A stretch of 60,781 bases of DNA, counting the filler. It is 4 parts of 4 records of this genome, joined end to end, with 100 filler letters (N's around TTAATTAATTAA, not from the genome) between each part and the next. Parts side by side here need not be neighbours in the genome. Positions count along the whole stretch, not along the records: positions 1 to 28,429 come from DRR378314_1719; positions 28,530 to 39,839 come from DRR378314_1721; positions 39,940 to 51,530 come from DRR378314_1724; 1 more part is not named here. One strand, written 5' to 3'. Position 1 is the first letter of the stretch, and each line of letters begins with the position of its first letter. A model generated the notes under the pieces. It was not told where the DNA came from, did no database searches, and saw only the letters and a program-made list of their open reading frames with translations. Below are positions 28,364 to 40,778 of this stretch, one piece after another. The position numbers were made by a program, and so were the translations under genes.

Positions 28364-28429
28364 TCAGGCGGAACCCACCCGGCGGGCCAGTTCGGCAGTG
28401 CGGTTGGCGTAGCCCCATTCGTTGTCGTA
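28364..28429 (-). CDS. 3' end of ArsJ-associated glyceraldehyde-3-phosphate dehydrogenase (partial)
   Basis: Translates YDNEWGYANRTAELARRVGSA*, the GAPDH C-terminal YDNExGY motif. Confidence 0.9.
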   Translation of the reverse strand, partial: YDNEWGYANRTAELARRVGSA

Positions 28430-28529
28430 NNNNNNNNNNNNNNNNNNNNNNNNNNNNNNNNNNNNNNNNNNNNTTAATTAATTAANNNNNNNNNNNNNNN
28501 NNNNNNNNNNNNNNNNNNNNNNNNNNNNN
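28430..28529. other. Artificial contig spacer
   Basis: 100-nt N run with central TTAATTAATTAA (stops in all six frames). Confidence 0.98.
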
Positions 28530-28964
28530 TCGCTCGCAGTACGGCTGTGCGTGCTCGCTAGCCGTGTGCTTTGATTGAACGCATTGTGCACTAGGCCTTG
28601 AGGACACCAAGGCAATGAGAGTCAAAGCGCAGCACGCTTCCCATTCTTTCTTGTTGTAACGCCAGCAAGCGGAGCAACGACTCTATCCGTTCGAGTCGTG
28701 TGCACCCTTCGCGAAGCAGTGCGACCGTGAAAGGAGTTTGTAGTATTACTCATGGAGCCTGCGCAGCGTAAGAGGGATCGAACTGTGTTGAACGAGAATG
28801 TCAAGCAGGTTTGTAGGTTGATGCGAATTCAATGAGCCAGTGCGTGTGTGTGACACGGCGTCGCCATCGAGGGCGGTGTGGGGGGGGGAGTTCCGATCTT
28901 CCGCTGCAAGGAAGGCACGATGAGCACGCAGCGTGGCCTGCACTATCCACACTCTCTCTGGTAC

Positions 28965-29990
28965 CTACTCTTCTGGCGACTTTGGGTGCAACGATGCAAG
29001 GTTGCGTATTGCAACTTCATGTGATTTGGAGGACTGGCGTGAGATTTGCGGGTCGTATGTGCAGTGTGGCCCTTTTGTTTCTTCTGTAGAGCCCAAGGCA
29101 CTATTCTGGGTTAGGAGGTGGTGCACCGCGTTTTCTATCTGAAGTCGCTTGCTGTTGCAATGCTTCGCGCTTCCCGGCGCTGTAAGGAGCTTACTCATGC
29201 CTTCGTTCAATTCATCGACGCACCGCTTCGGATAAAGGTTCCAAAAATGTCGCGTTTTGACGACTCTTTTCGTTTTTTCAATAGTTAGGAAGAGAATGAT
29301 CCAATCTTGGACCTCGCGCTGGCACACGCAGAGTAGGCGTGCGGGAAGCGCGGGGAAGCGTCGGTGACGCTGGTCGTGTGCCTACATCTGTGGCCCGCGA
29401 GACGAAGCAGAGCCTCTTGAGGGCAACATATACCTTGGATGGGACCTTGATGTACGTGACTATGCTGCTGGTCTCGCGTGTAGATTGAAGTCGAGGCAGA
29501 AAGCTTCCGGATAGTAGCGAATGAGCCGTCTGCGGATCCACATCTGGCGCTCGATATTCCGAAAGTGACACTCCGCGTCGACGGCCAGAAGCACGCCGTT
29601 CTTCCTGTAGCAAGGATATGCATCGATATTCCGTGCAGTGTACACGTACAGTTTAGCCGCGACGAAATTCAGCATACGCTGGAGCTCTTTCAGAAACTGA
29701 CCGAAATTGGACAAGTCTCATCGCTGATTGCGGACGAAAGGATGCCCGCACGAGCACAACGAATCAGCGCGACCCTCTTACCGCATCGTCTCGCGGAAGC
29801 GCTCATTTCAGATGTGGTTATTGCCGTGCAAATTGACGTTGATCGTGCCAATATTGAGCTCTACGAAGAGCTTGATGATGCGATTCCTCTCGTTATGTAC
29901 GTTGACTGGGTGCGCAGCAAACAAGGGTTAGAGGTACCGCGCGTCCGCCTCTGCCGAGAGCACGCACGCGTGTATCTTTCTCCTCCTCAG
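28965..29990 (-). pseudogene. Decayed coding sequence of unknown function
   Basis: Protein-like segments follow each other in shifting frames (..FLKELQRMLNF..AFCLDFNL / ..IVTYIKVPSKVYVALKRL.. / ..WIILFLTIEK..FWNLYPKR..). Limits are approximate. Confidence 0.3.
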
Positions 29991-30737
29991 TGCAAGGTCT
30001 GTCAGGTTTTGTACGGTTAGTTTCTCTTTACGTATGCAACACACACAGTCCATAACCCCACTCGTACGATTTCCATGGCGCTATTTATAACTAAAGGAGT
30101 GCTCGTATCACTTTCAGTTGGGGCTTGCTACCATCCCTCCCTCCGCGTGTGGACGAGGCATTGCTCTCATTCGATCGTTGTCATAGGTCAACCGCAGGGG
30201 CCAGGAACAGCATGCAATGTCATGATGTTAGTCTTTACACGAGATGCTGCGGAAGGCACCTTTACCATGGAAAGAATAGTGTCTGTCGTCATGGCGTATC
30301 CCATGTGACTTTCTTGGGAGTTAATGGTGTAAGCTGTGGCCCTTCATTGTGGTAGTTCTTCGCAATAGGAGCGCTGTTGTCATCTCCGCTACTGGTCGCA
30401 CGAAGTGCACACGGAGAGGCAATCAAGAGGACGGCAGTTTTTGCGAGCTTCGGCCTGGCGCACGGAATACCGGAACACTTATCTGCTGCCTTGCGCAGAC
30501 TTGTCCTGAGATCCAGCGTTCGTGTGTCCGTATCATCGATACTAAAAGAGTAGCGTGCATGTGACAGCAGCGTAGCAAATCCGTACTCCGAGGTTGTAAG
30601 GGGAAAGTGGGAGCCGCAGACGGCAGTGGGCGGACTCTCAAGTTCACCAACGGGAGTGATGTCTTAGTATTGGTTACTCTCGCTGCGCGTGCCGTGTCTG
30701 CAGGGCCAGCGCGACGCATATTTGTATTTCACGGAAA

Positions 30738-31508
30738 ATGGAAGACCGTACCATGGCAGCGACTGTGTCGATTCAAAGCCTTGCAGCGGGGCTGGGCGCG
30801 CGTGAGTGCCCTGCCATTCCACCCGGTACGGAACATCCGACAGAACCGGGGGTGTTTATATCGTACGTTGCAGCCTGCAAAGCTGCCTCCAGCGGATCTG
30901 CCGTACCACTCTCTGTTGCGCTCGGGATGCTATCGGACCAAAGTGGAACAGTTCCAGAATCTCTCTTGCGATTGCACCGGGAACGAAGTAACCAGAGCGA
31001 GCAGGATGCACCGCATCTTCAAGCGGGCCAGCCTCTTGTTTGGGGCCACGTTGTGCGGATGGCTCTTGCGGTGGACACGTCGGCGATTGCCCCCGCGCTC
31101 CGTTTGTTTTCCGTTCAAACGGAGAGCGAGGCGAAGCGTCTTCTGGAAGACAATGAGATCTATGTGGAAGAGACGGGTCCTCTGCGAAGAAGTAGCAGGT
31201 CGGCGCATGCCCGAAAGCGCCCCAGCTGGACTGCGGAAATGCAGGCGGCGCGTAGGCGAATGGTTTCAATGGGTGCAGCTACGGAGTTTGCAAAGATTAT
31301 GAAAGCTAGCGAAAATGAGCTGGAGCAAGAAGAGTACGTTGGAAACATCCGAGGTGGAACAGGTGGAGTGCTGCAACGTAGTCGTAGGCATTCATTAGAA
31401 ATCAAGGAACCAGCTGGCAAGTGGTTGGTTGGGGCTGAAGAACGCAGTTGGGGCGTGTCGTTCTGGGCGCGCTGTATCCGCACGTTTCTGCGGCGCTCCA
31501 GCCGCTAA
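30738..31508 (+). CDS. Hypothetical protein
   Basis: 256-aa ATG ORF, the longest in this contig, followed by an AT-rich tract. No motif recognised. Confidence 0.35.
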   Translation: MEDRTMAATVSIQSLAAGLGARECPAIPPGTEHPTEPGVFISYVAACKAASSGSAVPLSVALGMLSDQSGTVPESLLRLHRERSNQSEQDAPHLQAGQPLVWGHVVRMALAVDTSAIAPALRLFSVQTESEAKRLLEDNEIYVEETGPLRRSSRSAHARKRPSWTAEMQAARRRMVSMGAATEFAKIMKASENELEQEEYVGNIRGGTGGVLQRSRRHSLEIKEPAGKWLVGAEERSWGVSFWARCIRTFLRRSSR

Positions 31509-32971
31509 AGTAATTCCTTTCAATTCTATTTTATAGGCGGGTTTGCTATTGTAGGCGCGGCAGTCATGTGGAAAGTAAACAGAGGTCTCCAATATGTACT
31601 GGGGCGTGCGATAAATGCATGTTTTGTGCTTCGTGTTCCCAATGTGTCCGTAGTGCGTAGCTTGGGTTTCGTGAGCGATCCATGTGGATGTACTTAGCGT
31701 GCAATCTGTTCTTTGTATTTAAAGCCTGTGCATAACGCATGTTTTGAGTGTAGTGTTTCGAGTGCAGGCTTCGCGTGCGCAGGAGCAGCGCGCGTACAAC
31801 GACTTGTTGGTGCACATGAAGTTTTCTTTCGTCACTGGCCGTAGTGACAATGGTGGCATGCGTAATAGATACGAATGTTGGTGCGGTAGAAAGTGTGATG
31901 GCAGTTTGATTGATACCTATCGCCTGGAACATTATGCCTATGCGAGGAATTTCGCATGTCGCGGTTTGTAGAATTTTTCTTTTGGCGCAGAGGCGAGTCA
32001 TAGGGTGCTGTACCAAAGAGAAAAAAACATGGGGAGAGACACCATCTGTCCGTATCATTGAGATGCCTACATCGATGAAAGTGGTGCCATTCTATTTGTG
32101 TGTTATATTGGAAGTTGAATAGTGTTGCGTACTGCCCAAAGGATCCTTGGGGCCGAGGACGCTGACAACAATTCCTTCCCGCACTGTGGGCGGTCCGCCA
32201 ATCCTTCGGCGTCACGCGCTTTGGGAAACATTTGTGCAGGAAAACTGGACGGGTCGTACATCCGAAGCGACTCAAGCTCATTCCCAGTATTGTGCATGAC
32301 ACGTTGTTTCTGGGAAATGCTCTACTTTCCGTACTTTTGGATCGCGTCGCCGTCGCACTTCCTGTCCTCCGACCCGAACGCCCGCCGCTGCTCCTGAGCG
32401 TCCTGCGACTCGAGCATGACCGCGAAACCCCGACAGCCCCGCTGTCCCTTGTACTACGGCCGCTTGGTATATACCAGGTATGTCTGGGCAGCATGCACTG
32501 TTATTAGCAAGCAGTACGGGAGAGTTCATGTTACGATGAGCACTAGGATATCCATCTAGCTGTGGAAATGTTTTCCAAGAGCGGTGCGATAGCATGCAAG
32601 CAGAGGCGCGCTGGTCCTGTTCGATTGTCATAGGATGGAAGTGACGTGGGTCTGCTCCCTCGACAGGGGCGTATACCTGCGTTTCGAACGCAGTGTATTG
32701 GATTCACGTAGGGTTAGGTTGGGAATCATTCGCTGATGTATCATTGTTGAGAAGGCGTGTTCGGGTGTGCTCCGCGCAGCGCTCTGCGCATACGCCAACT
32801 CCTTGCACGCACCCGCTCGAGCAGAGAGGCGTTTGCGAAGGGGCGGCACATAATGCAACGCAAGCCGTGTGGCATTTCCGCCCGTCTGTTCGACCTTTTC
32901 GCGTAAGATAACATGATTGATGATTGTTGCGCTCATTTTGATGTATTGTATTTCTCCACAAGGAGAGACAG

Positions 32972-34621
32972 ATGTATTCCAATGACGAGGAAGAAATCAA
33001 TGCATTGGAGGCTCGTTTGGAAGAGCTGCAGAGCCGACGACGACCCACAGTGGCCGAGTATATGCCAACGCTCCGCCGAGCCGCTGTGACGCCGAACCGG
33101 GGAGGTTTGCATAGTCTGTATGGTGGGACAAGCGAGACAGTGGTTGCTCTCGAGTCGAGCGCTTTTGAAGTGATCAGCTCGCCACAGGGAGCTGACCACG
33201 GATCAGCACGAAGGTAAGGAGTATTATGCGCGTGCTATGCTAGAGCGCGACTGCTCGCACGGCGTACTCTTTCGCTACATTGGAGCGCACGCTGGGTCGA
33301 CAACAAATGCTGTTTCAGGGCCGTCCGGGGTTGGGACTGCTGTAGTCGCCACTCATCCAATGCAATAGTCTGTGTTTGCTGTACAAAGTCACCAGAGGTG
33401 GCTTCTCCTGTGTATGCTTCTGCTGGCTACGGATCCCGAGTGTCTCCGTCCGCGTCGCTGTAGTTGTGGTCGTTTGTGCATTACTCCGAGGCAGTTTGCC
33501 GATAAGGAGCGCGCGTGTCAATGCCCCCCCCTCAGAATGGCGCACTCAAATAGCGTTCGTTACGTGGCTACGTCCGATGTAGCACTCGTGTTGGTGTGTG
33601 TGCGTGTGCTAAGGGTAAGGAGGGGACAAGTGTTGCATTTTGTATTCCTAGTCTGTCATTTTGCTTGTACAAGAGCACGGTGCAGCGGCTTGCGGATTGG
33701 GACGCTCTTTGCACCTCGTCGTTCATGTATGGTCTTCGCTGGGTACGAGTAGATGTGGGACGTTGATGAATTCCGAGTTGCGCGGATGGCTGTAATAGCC
33801 CTGCGAGAAACACTGCCCGTCGTTGGACGGGTGCGTCGCTGACGGCTGTTGGCAACGCTATCTGTTCTCGTCTTCATCTCGGTTTGCCCGCTCGCAGCGT
33901 TTCCAAAGCTCCAGGGCGAAGTAGCTCGTTTGAAGTGGACGCAGGCGAAATCGAGACAGCTCTTCAGAGATCGATCCAACAACACTTCCCAACTACAGAC
34001 ACAAAGGTGGACGACGCAAGCTGCAGCCGGAGTACTGATGGCGCTTGTGCTACCACGTCCAGTCCAGGCCAATCGTCTGGCTTGGAAAGGGACCCGCCGG
34101 GGCACTCCAACAGCGCCGTAGACGTCTTGGTTACTGGACCATCCCAGCCGAATGAAGTCGGCCAGGGTAGCAACGGACGAGCTCATGTGGAACGTGCGAG
34201 AGATGAAACGTTATCATCTCAGACAGGCGAGATCGATTTGGATATAAAGCAGTCGGCATGTATGGGCACTGCGCCGGCACGAGAGCGCCGCCACGACGCC
34301 GCTAGTGCGCGAAGTGATTGCGTAGGCGGCGGAACTGGCAGCGAAGCAGCACCGTATCGAGGCTCGGGTGGCGATAAAGTATTTGTCATTGCAGAACAGG
34401 AACGAGTGTTGTCTATATCTGCAAATAGCAGCAGAGTCGGTGAAGAGAATAGCGACGGAACAGTGCGTGAGGAAGCGCGCGTTGGCGATCAGGTGCAGGC
34501 TGGGAGGCCAGCAGGCGCGGTGGAATGGCGCGAGCGCTGCTCGTCGGTGGAACAGGAGCTTGCTCGTACGCGCGAGCTTCTAGTTGGTGCACTTCAAAAG
34601 GTGGAGTCGCACCTAAGATGA
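32972..34621 (+). pseudogene. Possible spliced, partly decayed eukaryotic gene
   Basis: The first exon (MYSNDEEEINALEARLEELQ.., coiled-coil-like) ends at AG|GTAAG (33214), with a TTTCAG acceptor at 33318. Later frames are broken. ORF 33884-34621 ends in a coiled-coil-like segment. Confidence 0.35.
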
Positions 34622-37600
34622 GAGTGTATTACAATACAAGGGGCCTGTAAAACAGTGATGCGAGCAGCTGATCCTGTTTGCGCTTGGCATAAAGGGCCGC
34701 CATTCGCAGGGTTGGCAGACCTGGAGCGGGATGGCAGGAGGTTGCACGTGCAGCGTGCTTCACGGCAACAGCCGCAGTGCTGATGCCACCTCCGGGGTAT
34801 CCAGCTCCCGTAAAACCGGTAGCTGGGCCTTTCGGTAGGCAGTGCCCAGGGAGGGGGGGTGAAACGGTGCATATACAGCGGTGAAGCGATAAGTCGCTTG
34901 CGACGTCTGCGACGATCCAACAGGAATACTGCGCGATGTCTTGCAGAATTTGTCGGGACGTAGCGCAGCGCGGCGGCCAGCTTGCCCTGCATGCCGCGCT
35001 GCAGGGAACATGGGATTGCGAGTGCGCTGCGTCTTCTTAGTCAAATTGTGCGGATCCGCGGCCTCCTTACGAATTGATGGTCGATGTGGTACGTTGCCCG
35101 CATGCTCGTTGGGGGGTTGCGACCTTTTGCGTACAGACTCAGGCAACCATGGGAGTAGCTTGGCGAGCAGCAGCAGCTTGGGAAGCGCCACGCGTTGTTT
35201 GCCAAAGTGTACCTATGTTGTAGGCACGCGCGATAGGGCACACGAGAATATTCACCACGCAGCCAGAAGGTGCGCGTGGTTTCGTGGTGGCACGTTCCGC
35301 CGCAGCCCTGCCGTGTCGCTTTGCTCTTTCTTTCTTGGCCCGCGCAAACGAGAAACTGTGGCATGCTGGTGCTACAGTAGTGCTGAGGATTTGCAGCGGT
35401 CTTGTCATTTGGCAGTGCTGGGTTGGTGGCAACGGGGCTGTGCACGCCGGGCGTCAGAGCTTGGCAAGTAAGCGGCGGCAGGTTCTCGCTTCTCGTGCGC
35501 AACTCGTGCTGCAGCACGCCGCTTGCCTTCCCCCGCGCTTTGCTGGGCTGGGAACGCTTCCGGAGACGAGTGTGTTGTCGCAGTGCATCAAAATCTAGCA
35601 TCCATAAACCTGCAAGGTGTTCGAAATGTGTGCCGGGAGTCGTGCTCTTCGGCACTGCTACGCTCTTTATTCGTGGTTCCGCATTCCCGAGCAGGGAATG
35701 ACGACGTACGAGCTTCTTGCTCGGGCGAGCGCGTTTCCTGTGCAAGGCCGTCGCGTTGTACGTTGTTACATAAATCGAAAATATGTCGCTTTCTATCATT
35801 TTGTTTCACACGAACAATTGGAACTTGAGACTAGTTTAACCTCGGAGATTCGTATTTCATTGGATTGGTCATTGGGGTGGTCCGGCGGGAGTGAGGTCGA
35901 GGGTGGTGTGCGCTCGAGCGCGCACGGCGGTCGCCCCTTGCGTTCGCGCCTCGGCGAGTTGCGTATCTTGTCTGCTATACAGGGAAATTTTCTCTCGCAA
36001 CGTGTGAGGCAAAGAGGCTTTCATCTTATGCATTCCATTCGCTTTCTTTCTTGTGCGCGCGATGTAGGGAGCGATGCATTTGCTTGGCTGCGCGCATGTC
36101 ACGCATCCGTTCCTGTACACGAACTACTACACAGACGAGTGGCTGCAATTTGTACGCGAGGAACACGTGCGGTATTCGCTTCGCGTTTTGCTCCCCAACG
36201 GCGACACTCTTCACGAGCTTCCGCTTGTGCCCCGGTTCGTTATGACAAGATCCGAATGTGGTCGTGACAAAATGATGTTGTATTAGTGGATTGTAATTGC
36301 TGCGGGACGAGGGAGAAACACCTCGTCGTGCGAGCAGCGATTTCTGCTACGGGTGCGGGCTGAGGAGCGCGCGTTCGTGTTCGCTGCTGGCCTCGGGTTC
36401 TTGCGGGCTTGCCGCTGAGCAACCAAGTTTGGCCCTTTTATGGTGAGAGCTCCACAGCGTGCATTTGTATGTAGGAGGTTGCGGTGCACCAATAGTGGGG
36501 CTCCATAGGCAAAATTGCACGCTCGGCCAAAGGTCGAGATTTGGCTATTCGGTGGTGCTATGTTCTGCCAGACCACGTGTGCGGCCGAGTAGCGAGCGTG
36601 TCCCCATCCATCTCCGGCGATCGGTCTTACTCCCAGCTCTGTGCACAGGCTCCCACTCAGTGCGCTTGCGATAACTATAAGATAATGTAGTGATTCTGCA
36701 AAAATGTGCCAGTGGGTGGCGACTCTGTAGGCTCGTCAGTACTGCCTTGATTATTAATTTATGCCGCGGCGCTTGCTTTCTTCAGTAACGTGGCTGGCGT
36801 GTGCGAGCCTGCGTATGCCATAGGGCGGGTGAATTTGCGATTCGCTCCGCAATGGTTCCTGGTGATATGTTCCATGACAAGCACCGCCATGATAAGCTGC
36901 GATTGGCGCGGCGCAGTGGGATTGGCAAGGCGGCAAGGTGAGCTGCTGCTGAACGTATCCGGTTGTGTTCTCTGGAGATTCGGTGCTGCTGTGCGTGCTG
37001 ACGGTTCTTTTTTTTTTTTCTCTTTTGGTTCTCCCCGCTGACCCGGCTTTTGCCTCTGCTGTAGGGTTTTCCGGCACGAAGAGTTCGATTTGTGTGCGTT
37101 ACACTTTGAAGAAGATGATAAAGCGCGAGATAGTGGGGTCAGGCCGATTACACTCAGGTATGCCATGTGCCATTATGGGCGTCGCTCTGCGCGTTGATGC
37201 GTGGCCGTGCTCTGCTCGTAGGGCTTTGCCCAGAACACAGCCAGCGCAGCAGGTCAAGCACATGCCATGAGTAAGTAGTTTATGCCTTTGCGTTGGGAGA
37301 CTCAATGTGAGAGCTCGCAATGAACAGGCGGTGAAGTTGTGGAAGTGGGAGCCTAATGTAGTAGCCAGTGCAGTTCTGATGCGACACCGGTTCGTTCCCC
37401 TACGGTATCTGTTTGCGCAGCGCGGCGTGCCCCGAGCCCGGACAGAGCTTACTTTTCGCTGGGAATGAAATCGTGCGCGAGAACGACACGGAGCAACAGG
37501 TATATCTACCACAAAACGTAGACGTATTTGGATCGATCGTTTATCGAAATGCGGCCCTTTGCTGTGGTTTATTCTGCGTAACAACCGGCGGTGCCTTGTA

Positions 37601-37849
37601 GCTTGCCGAGTGATGCAGCAGTGCAATGAGCGGCTCCATGTCTCTCACGATTGCCACGCTGCTCTCGCGTATTTTTTTTCGCCGTACCATTGTGCAGGTG
37701 CCAAGACATCTAACGGGAAATGGGTCGTTCTCTGGCGTTACATCGACGTTTCGCTTCTTTGGTGCGAGTGAACGCGAGCTTCAGATGGGGATGTGTGGCG
37801 GCCCGGCAATGTCGCATGTCGAAGGTTGTACGTACTTGATTCGAGGTTG

Positions 37850-38545
37850 CGGTGATTGTTGCTGAATCGTATGCAACAGGCAAGGTTGTCATATTAGATG
37901 CTCAGCTACTGCCACAAGTGTATCTTTGAAGATTATGCTAAACTTGATTTATGTGAATATGTAGCCATTGCGTTCAGAGACTCGAAGTAATAATGAGTTT
38001 GAGCAGCCCGTCGTGCTGCGGATGGTGGGGCGATGTGGGAGTGAGCACATTGGTAGTAGGTAGTAGAAACCGTTGATTTGATCGTGTGCGTAGCAATATT
38101 ATTTCGTGATGTATGCGTGTGCACTACGGTTTTAGGCTATTGCGTAGTACACGGTAGCTGTTTGTAATCCTGAAACCTTTCACATGTGGTCGTTTATGAT
38201 TCTGCTACTGGTCGAATAGTGCTGCTTCGTTGATGTATTGCACAGCCAAACGGTCGTCCGCGCTGCGCACATCAATTATGTATTGCTTTGTAGTATGCTA
38301 CGTAGGAAGAGCAACTTATGCTTAGGGTTAGTATAACTTGAAGTAGAATTTCTATAGATTTGATTGATAGCCCATGTTTCTTGTGGAATGGAATGATCCA
38401 CGGGAGCAGTGGGGGAGATTGCATGACCAAGAAGAAGCCTGACCTGAAGCCACTAGTACTAGGCAAGCAGTGCACTCCTCATACTGGAGGTACCCCTTTC
38501 ACCGCGTCAACCAGCTTGAGCACCATCGTGAGACTGATGAACTGA
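37850..38545 (-). mobile_element. Degenerate Ty3/Gypsy LTR-retrotransposon integrase relic
   Basis: Manual translation across stops and frameshifts gives, in the expected order, HQSHDGAQAG*RGERGT..Y*W (H2C2-like), IPQETW, TSPHHPQHDG (cf. TAYHPQTDG) and AYDSATITAT (cf. AYNS..HxAT). Confidence 0.5.
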
Positions 38546-39839
38546 GAGCGTGCTTGGAGGTTTGCGCCCATATATGTAGTAATTTACAAAGTGAGAATTA
38601 CAGGTTGGCACGGGTGAGTGAGTGTGCTTGACTACTTGCCTGAAGGTTCTACTTGCTCGAGCTGGGCGCTTTTCTGTACTGTAACCTCACTGCACTCCCA
38701 ATGTTTGCGCTTTTCAATATTTGATATTTATCTTGTATTCCTATGTGAAAAATAGATAGGCGCGCGCATGTTCCTTTCTCACCGTTTAGCTTGGAATAGG
38801 GAACGATCCGGTTCGAGACCAGCTAACCCGCACCTGCGAGCGCTGGGGCACCAAAACCAGCCGCGTTATCTGTTTGTGGTCGGTATGCTGCTCTTTACGT
38901 GCATGTGTGGCACGTTGGTTACGCCTTTTGTTTGCTTTTCTGATTCAAATTCGGGTTGGATCTGAATCTGCAGCGGATGGAATGACACAGTTTTCTGCTG
39001 TTGGAATGGTGGAAGGAATCGTGCCGCGAGACTCGTCCGTGCAAGCGCTGGCGGGACAGGCTGCTTGCATCAAGGTGCGTACGAGTCGCAGCAAGCTTCA
39101 AGCAAGCGCGCACCCCAAGCTCTCTTCAGTTTCTGGCATGAAAGGGTAAATTTTGGTGAGATTCACGGACGTGAACGGTGGTCATCGAACCGTTTCTGGT
39201 GTTTGGGCATGTTTGTGGTTGAACCAAACCAACGTTCTTCGGGTTAAGCAGCCTCGATACGTAGGGCACACTGGCTCCCATGCTGCAGGGTTTTCTGTTC
39301 GTGTCAGCTGCGTGTACTACGGGATATTGTTAGCGAAATCACAGTGTATTGCAGAACACAGCACCATTCGACACCTGTTGTAGCTTCGCGGGAAATGCAT
39401 TCATACTGATGTCGTCCAGGCAGGTAGCAGCAGCTCCATTTGCAGGAAACCTCACGAACATGAGTTCATATTTGAATTTGTTTTTTTTGGCTCAGAAATA
39501 GCTGGTACATCTCGTATTTGCTTGATTTTTCGAATGGGCTTTGCTATGGGATTGTTCATACGACCGGGGTTTCTTGGCAACGAAATGATTACGCTTGATT
39601 TTTTTGGTACCTGTTTTTGTCCATCTGCAGGGCTCTACGATTATGGAATTTCTGTCGCGTGTTGAAGAACAACTGTTGGTTGGGACAGATGCCGATTGAA
39701 CGTTGGGAATAAAGAAAATCTTTTTCAAGTATTGGGATTTTGTCACAGTTGTACTTTTGGTCATGGTTTTGGATGTTGTAAAGTATTCACTGTTTGACTC
39801 CCCCCACACTTTCACATTTGCATGCAATCGTGTGATCAT

Positions 39840-39939
39840 NNNNNNNNNNNNNNNNNNNNNNNNNNNNNNNNNNNNNNNNNNNNTTAATTAATTAANNNNN
39901 NNNNNNNNNNNNNNNNNNNNNNNNNNNNNNNNNNNNNNN
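39840..39939. other. Artificial contig spacer
   Basis: 100-nt N run with TTAATTAATTAA. Confidence 0.98.
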
Positions 39940-39940
39940 G

Positions 39941-40039
39941 AACAAGGCGGGCCACCTGATGGTCGATAGTGATGATGACCCTGATTACGAACTGGCGGTG
40001 GACTATTCCGTGCGTACCGGGGTGCTGGGCGGGCATTGA
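39941..40039 (+). CDS. 3' end of a gene (partial), possibly a SulP-family anion transporter
   Basis: NKAGHLMVDSDDDPDYELAVDYSVRTGVLGGH*. The family is recalled from roseobacter SulP C-termini and not verified. Confidence 0.5.
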   Translation, partial: NKAGHLMVDSDDDPDYELAVDYSVRTGVLGGH

Positions 40040-40049
40040 TCACGGCACC

Positions 40050-40082
40050 GGACGCTTTGCTCCGGTATAGGGCAAAGCATCC
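40050..40082. terminator. Hairpin between convergent genes
   Basis: GGACGCTTTGCTC-cggtata-GGGCAAAGCATCC. Confidence 0.5.
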
Positions 40083-40090
40083 TGTCGCAT

Positions 40091-40696
40091 TCAATCGTCA
40101 GGCCGGATAATCTCGAAGACCTCGCGCACCACGGAATAGTCGCGATAGCCAAGGCGTGACAGCGGCGCAAAGCGGGTCACGTCAAAGCGGCCGTCTACCA
40201 TGCAATCATCGCGCATATGCACGCCGATTACTTCGCCAAAGACGACATAGTTCGCTGCGCCCTCAATCTGGACAATCTGTGTCATCCGGCATTCCAGCGC
40301 TGCCGGTGTACCACCGACGCGGGCGCAATTGATCGTATCACACTCCAGCTTTTCAACACCGGCATGGTCAAACTCATCGCTGCCATGGGGCAGAGTGGCA
40401 GAAGAGTGGTTCATCGCATCCCGCGCGGCATATTCGACAATATTCGCACAAAAGACGCCAGTCTCGCGGATATTGGCAACCGAATCCTTGGTGCCCTCCA
40501 CATCGTCCTTGACGCCGGTTGAGGCAAACATGACCTGCGGTGGCACATACGCCACGGCATTGAAAAAGGAATAGGGCGCAAGATTGTCATTGCCATCCTT
40601 GTCACGGGTTGAGATCCAGCCGATAGGGCGCGGTGTCACAAGGGCATTGAATGGGTTATGGGGCAGGCCATGGCCCTCACTTGGCTTATAGAACAT
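40091..40696 (-). CDS. Flavin reductase-like protein (DIM6/NTAB family)
   Basis: PRPIGWIST, NLAPYSFFN, KDSVANIRETG and LSRLGY. Confidence 0.9.
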   Translation of the reverse strand: MFYKPSEGHGLPHNPFNALVTPRPIGWISTRDKDGNDNLAPYSFFNAVAYVPPQVMFASTGVKDDVEGTKDSVANIRETGVFCANIVEYAARDAMNHSSATLPHGSDEFDHAGVEKLECDTINCARVGGTPAALECRMTQIVQIEGAANYVVFGEVIGVHMRDDCMVDGRFDVTRFAPLSRLGYRDYSVVREVFEIIRPDD

Positions 40697-40778
40697 CAGA
40701 ATTCCTTTTGGTGGTTTGCGCCTATGGCTACCCCCATGCTAGGGCGGACGCCACTGCAATTCAAAAGAGCGACGCAAC

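Larger units (their letters stand above)
28530..39839. other. Gene-poor contig, probably eukaryotic
   Basis: No recognisable bacterial genes, no RBS or operon structure, only short or broken ORFs, a splice-like site and a retrotransposon relic. Confidence 0.7.

Noticed and set aside
28430-28529. TTAATTAATTAA as a biological repeat or island boundary (also 39840-39939 and 51531-51630)
   Set aside because: It is an identical synthetic linker inside N runs, so composition shifts here are not horizontal transfer.
28530-39839. Prophage or novel bacterial accessory island
   Set aside because: Coding density is far too low, with no RBS or operon pattern and no phage hallmark genes.
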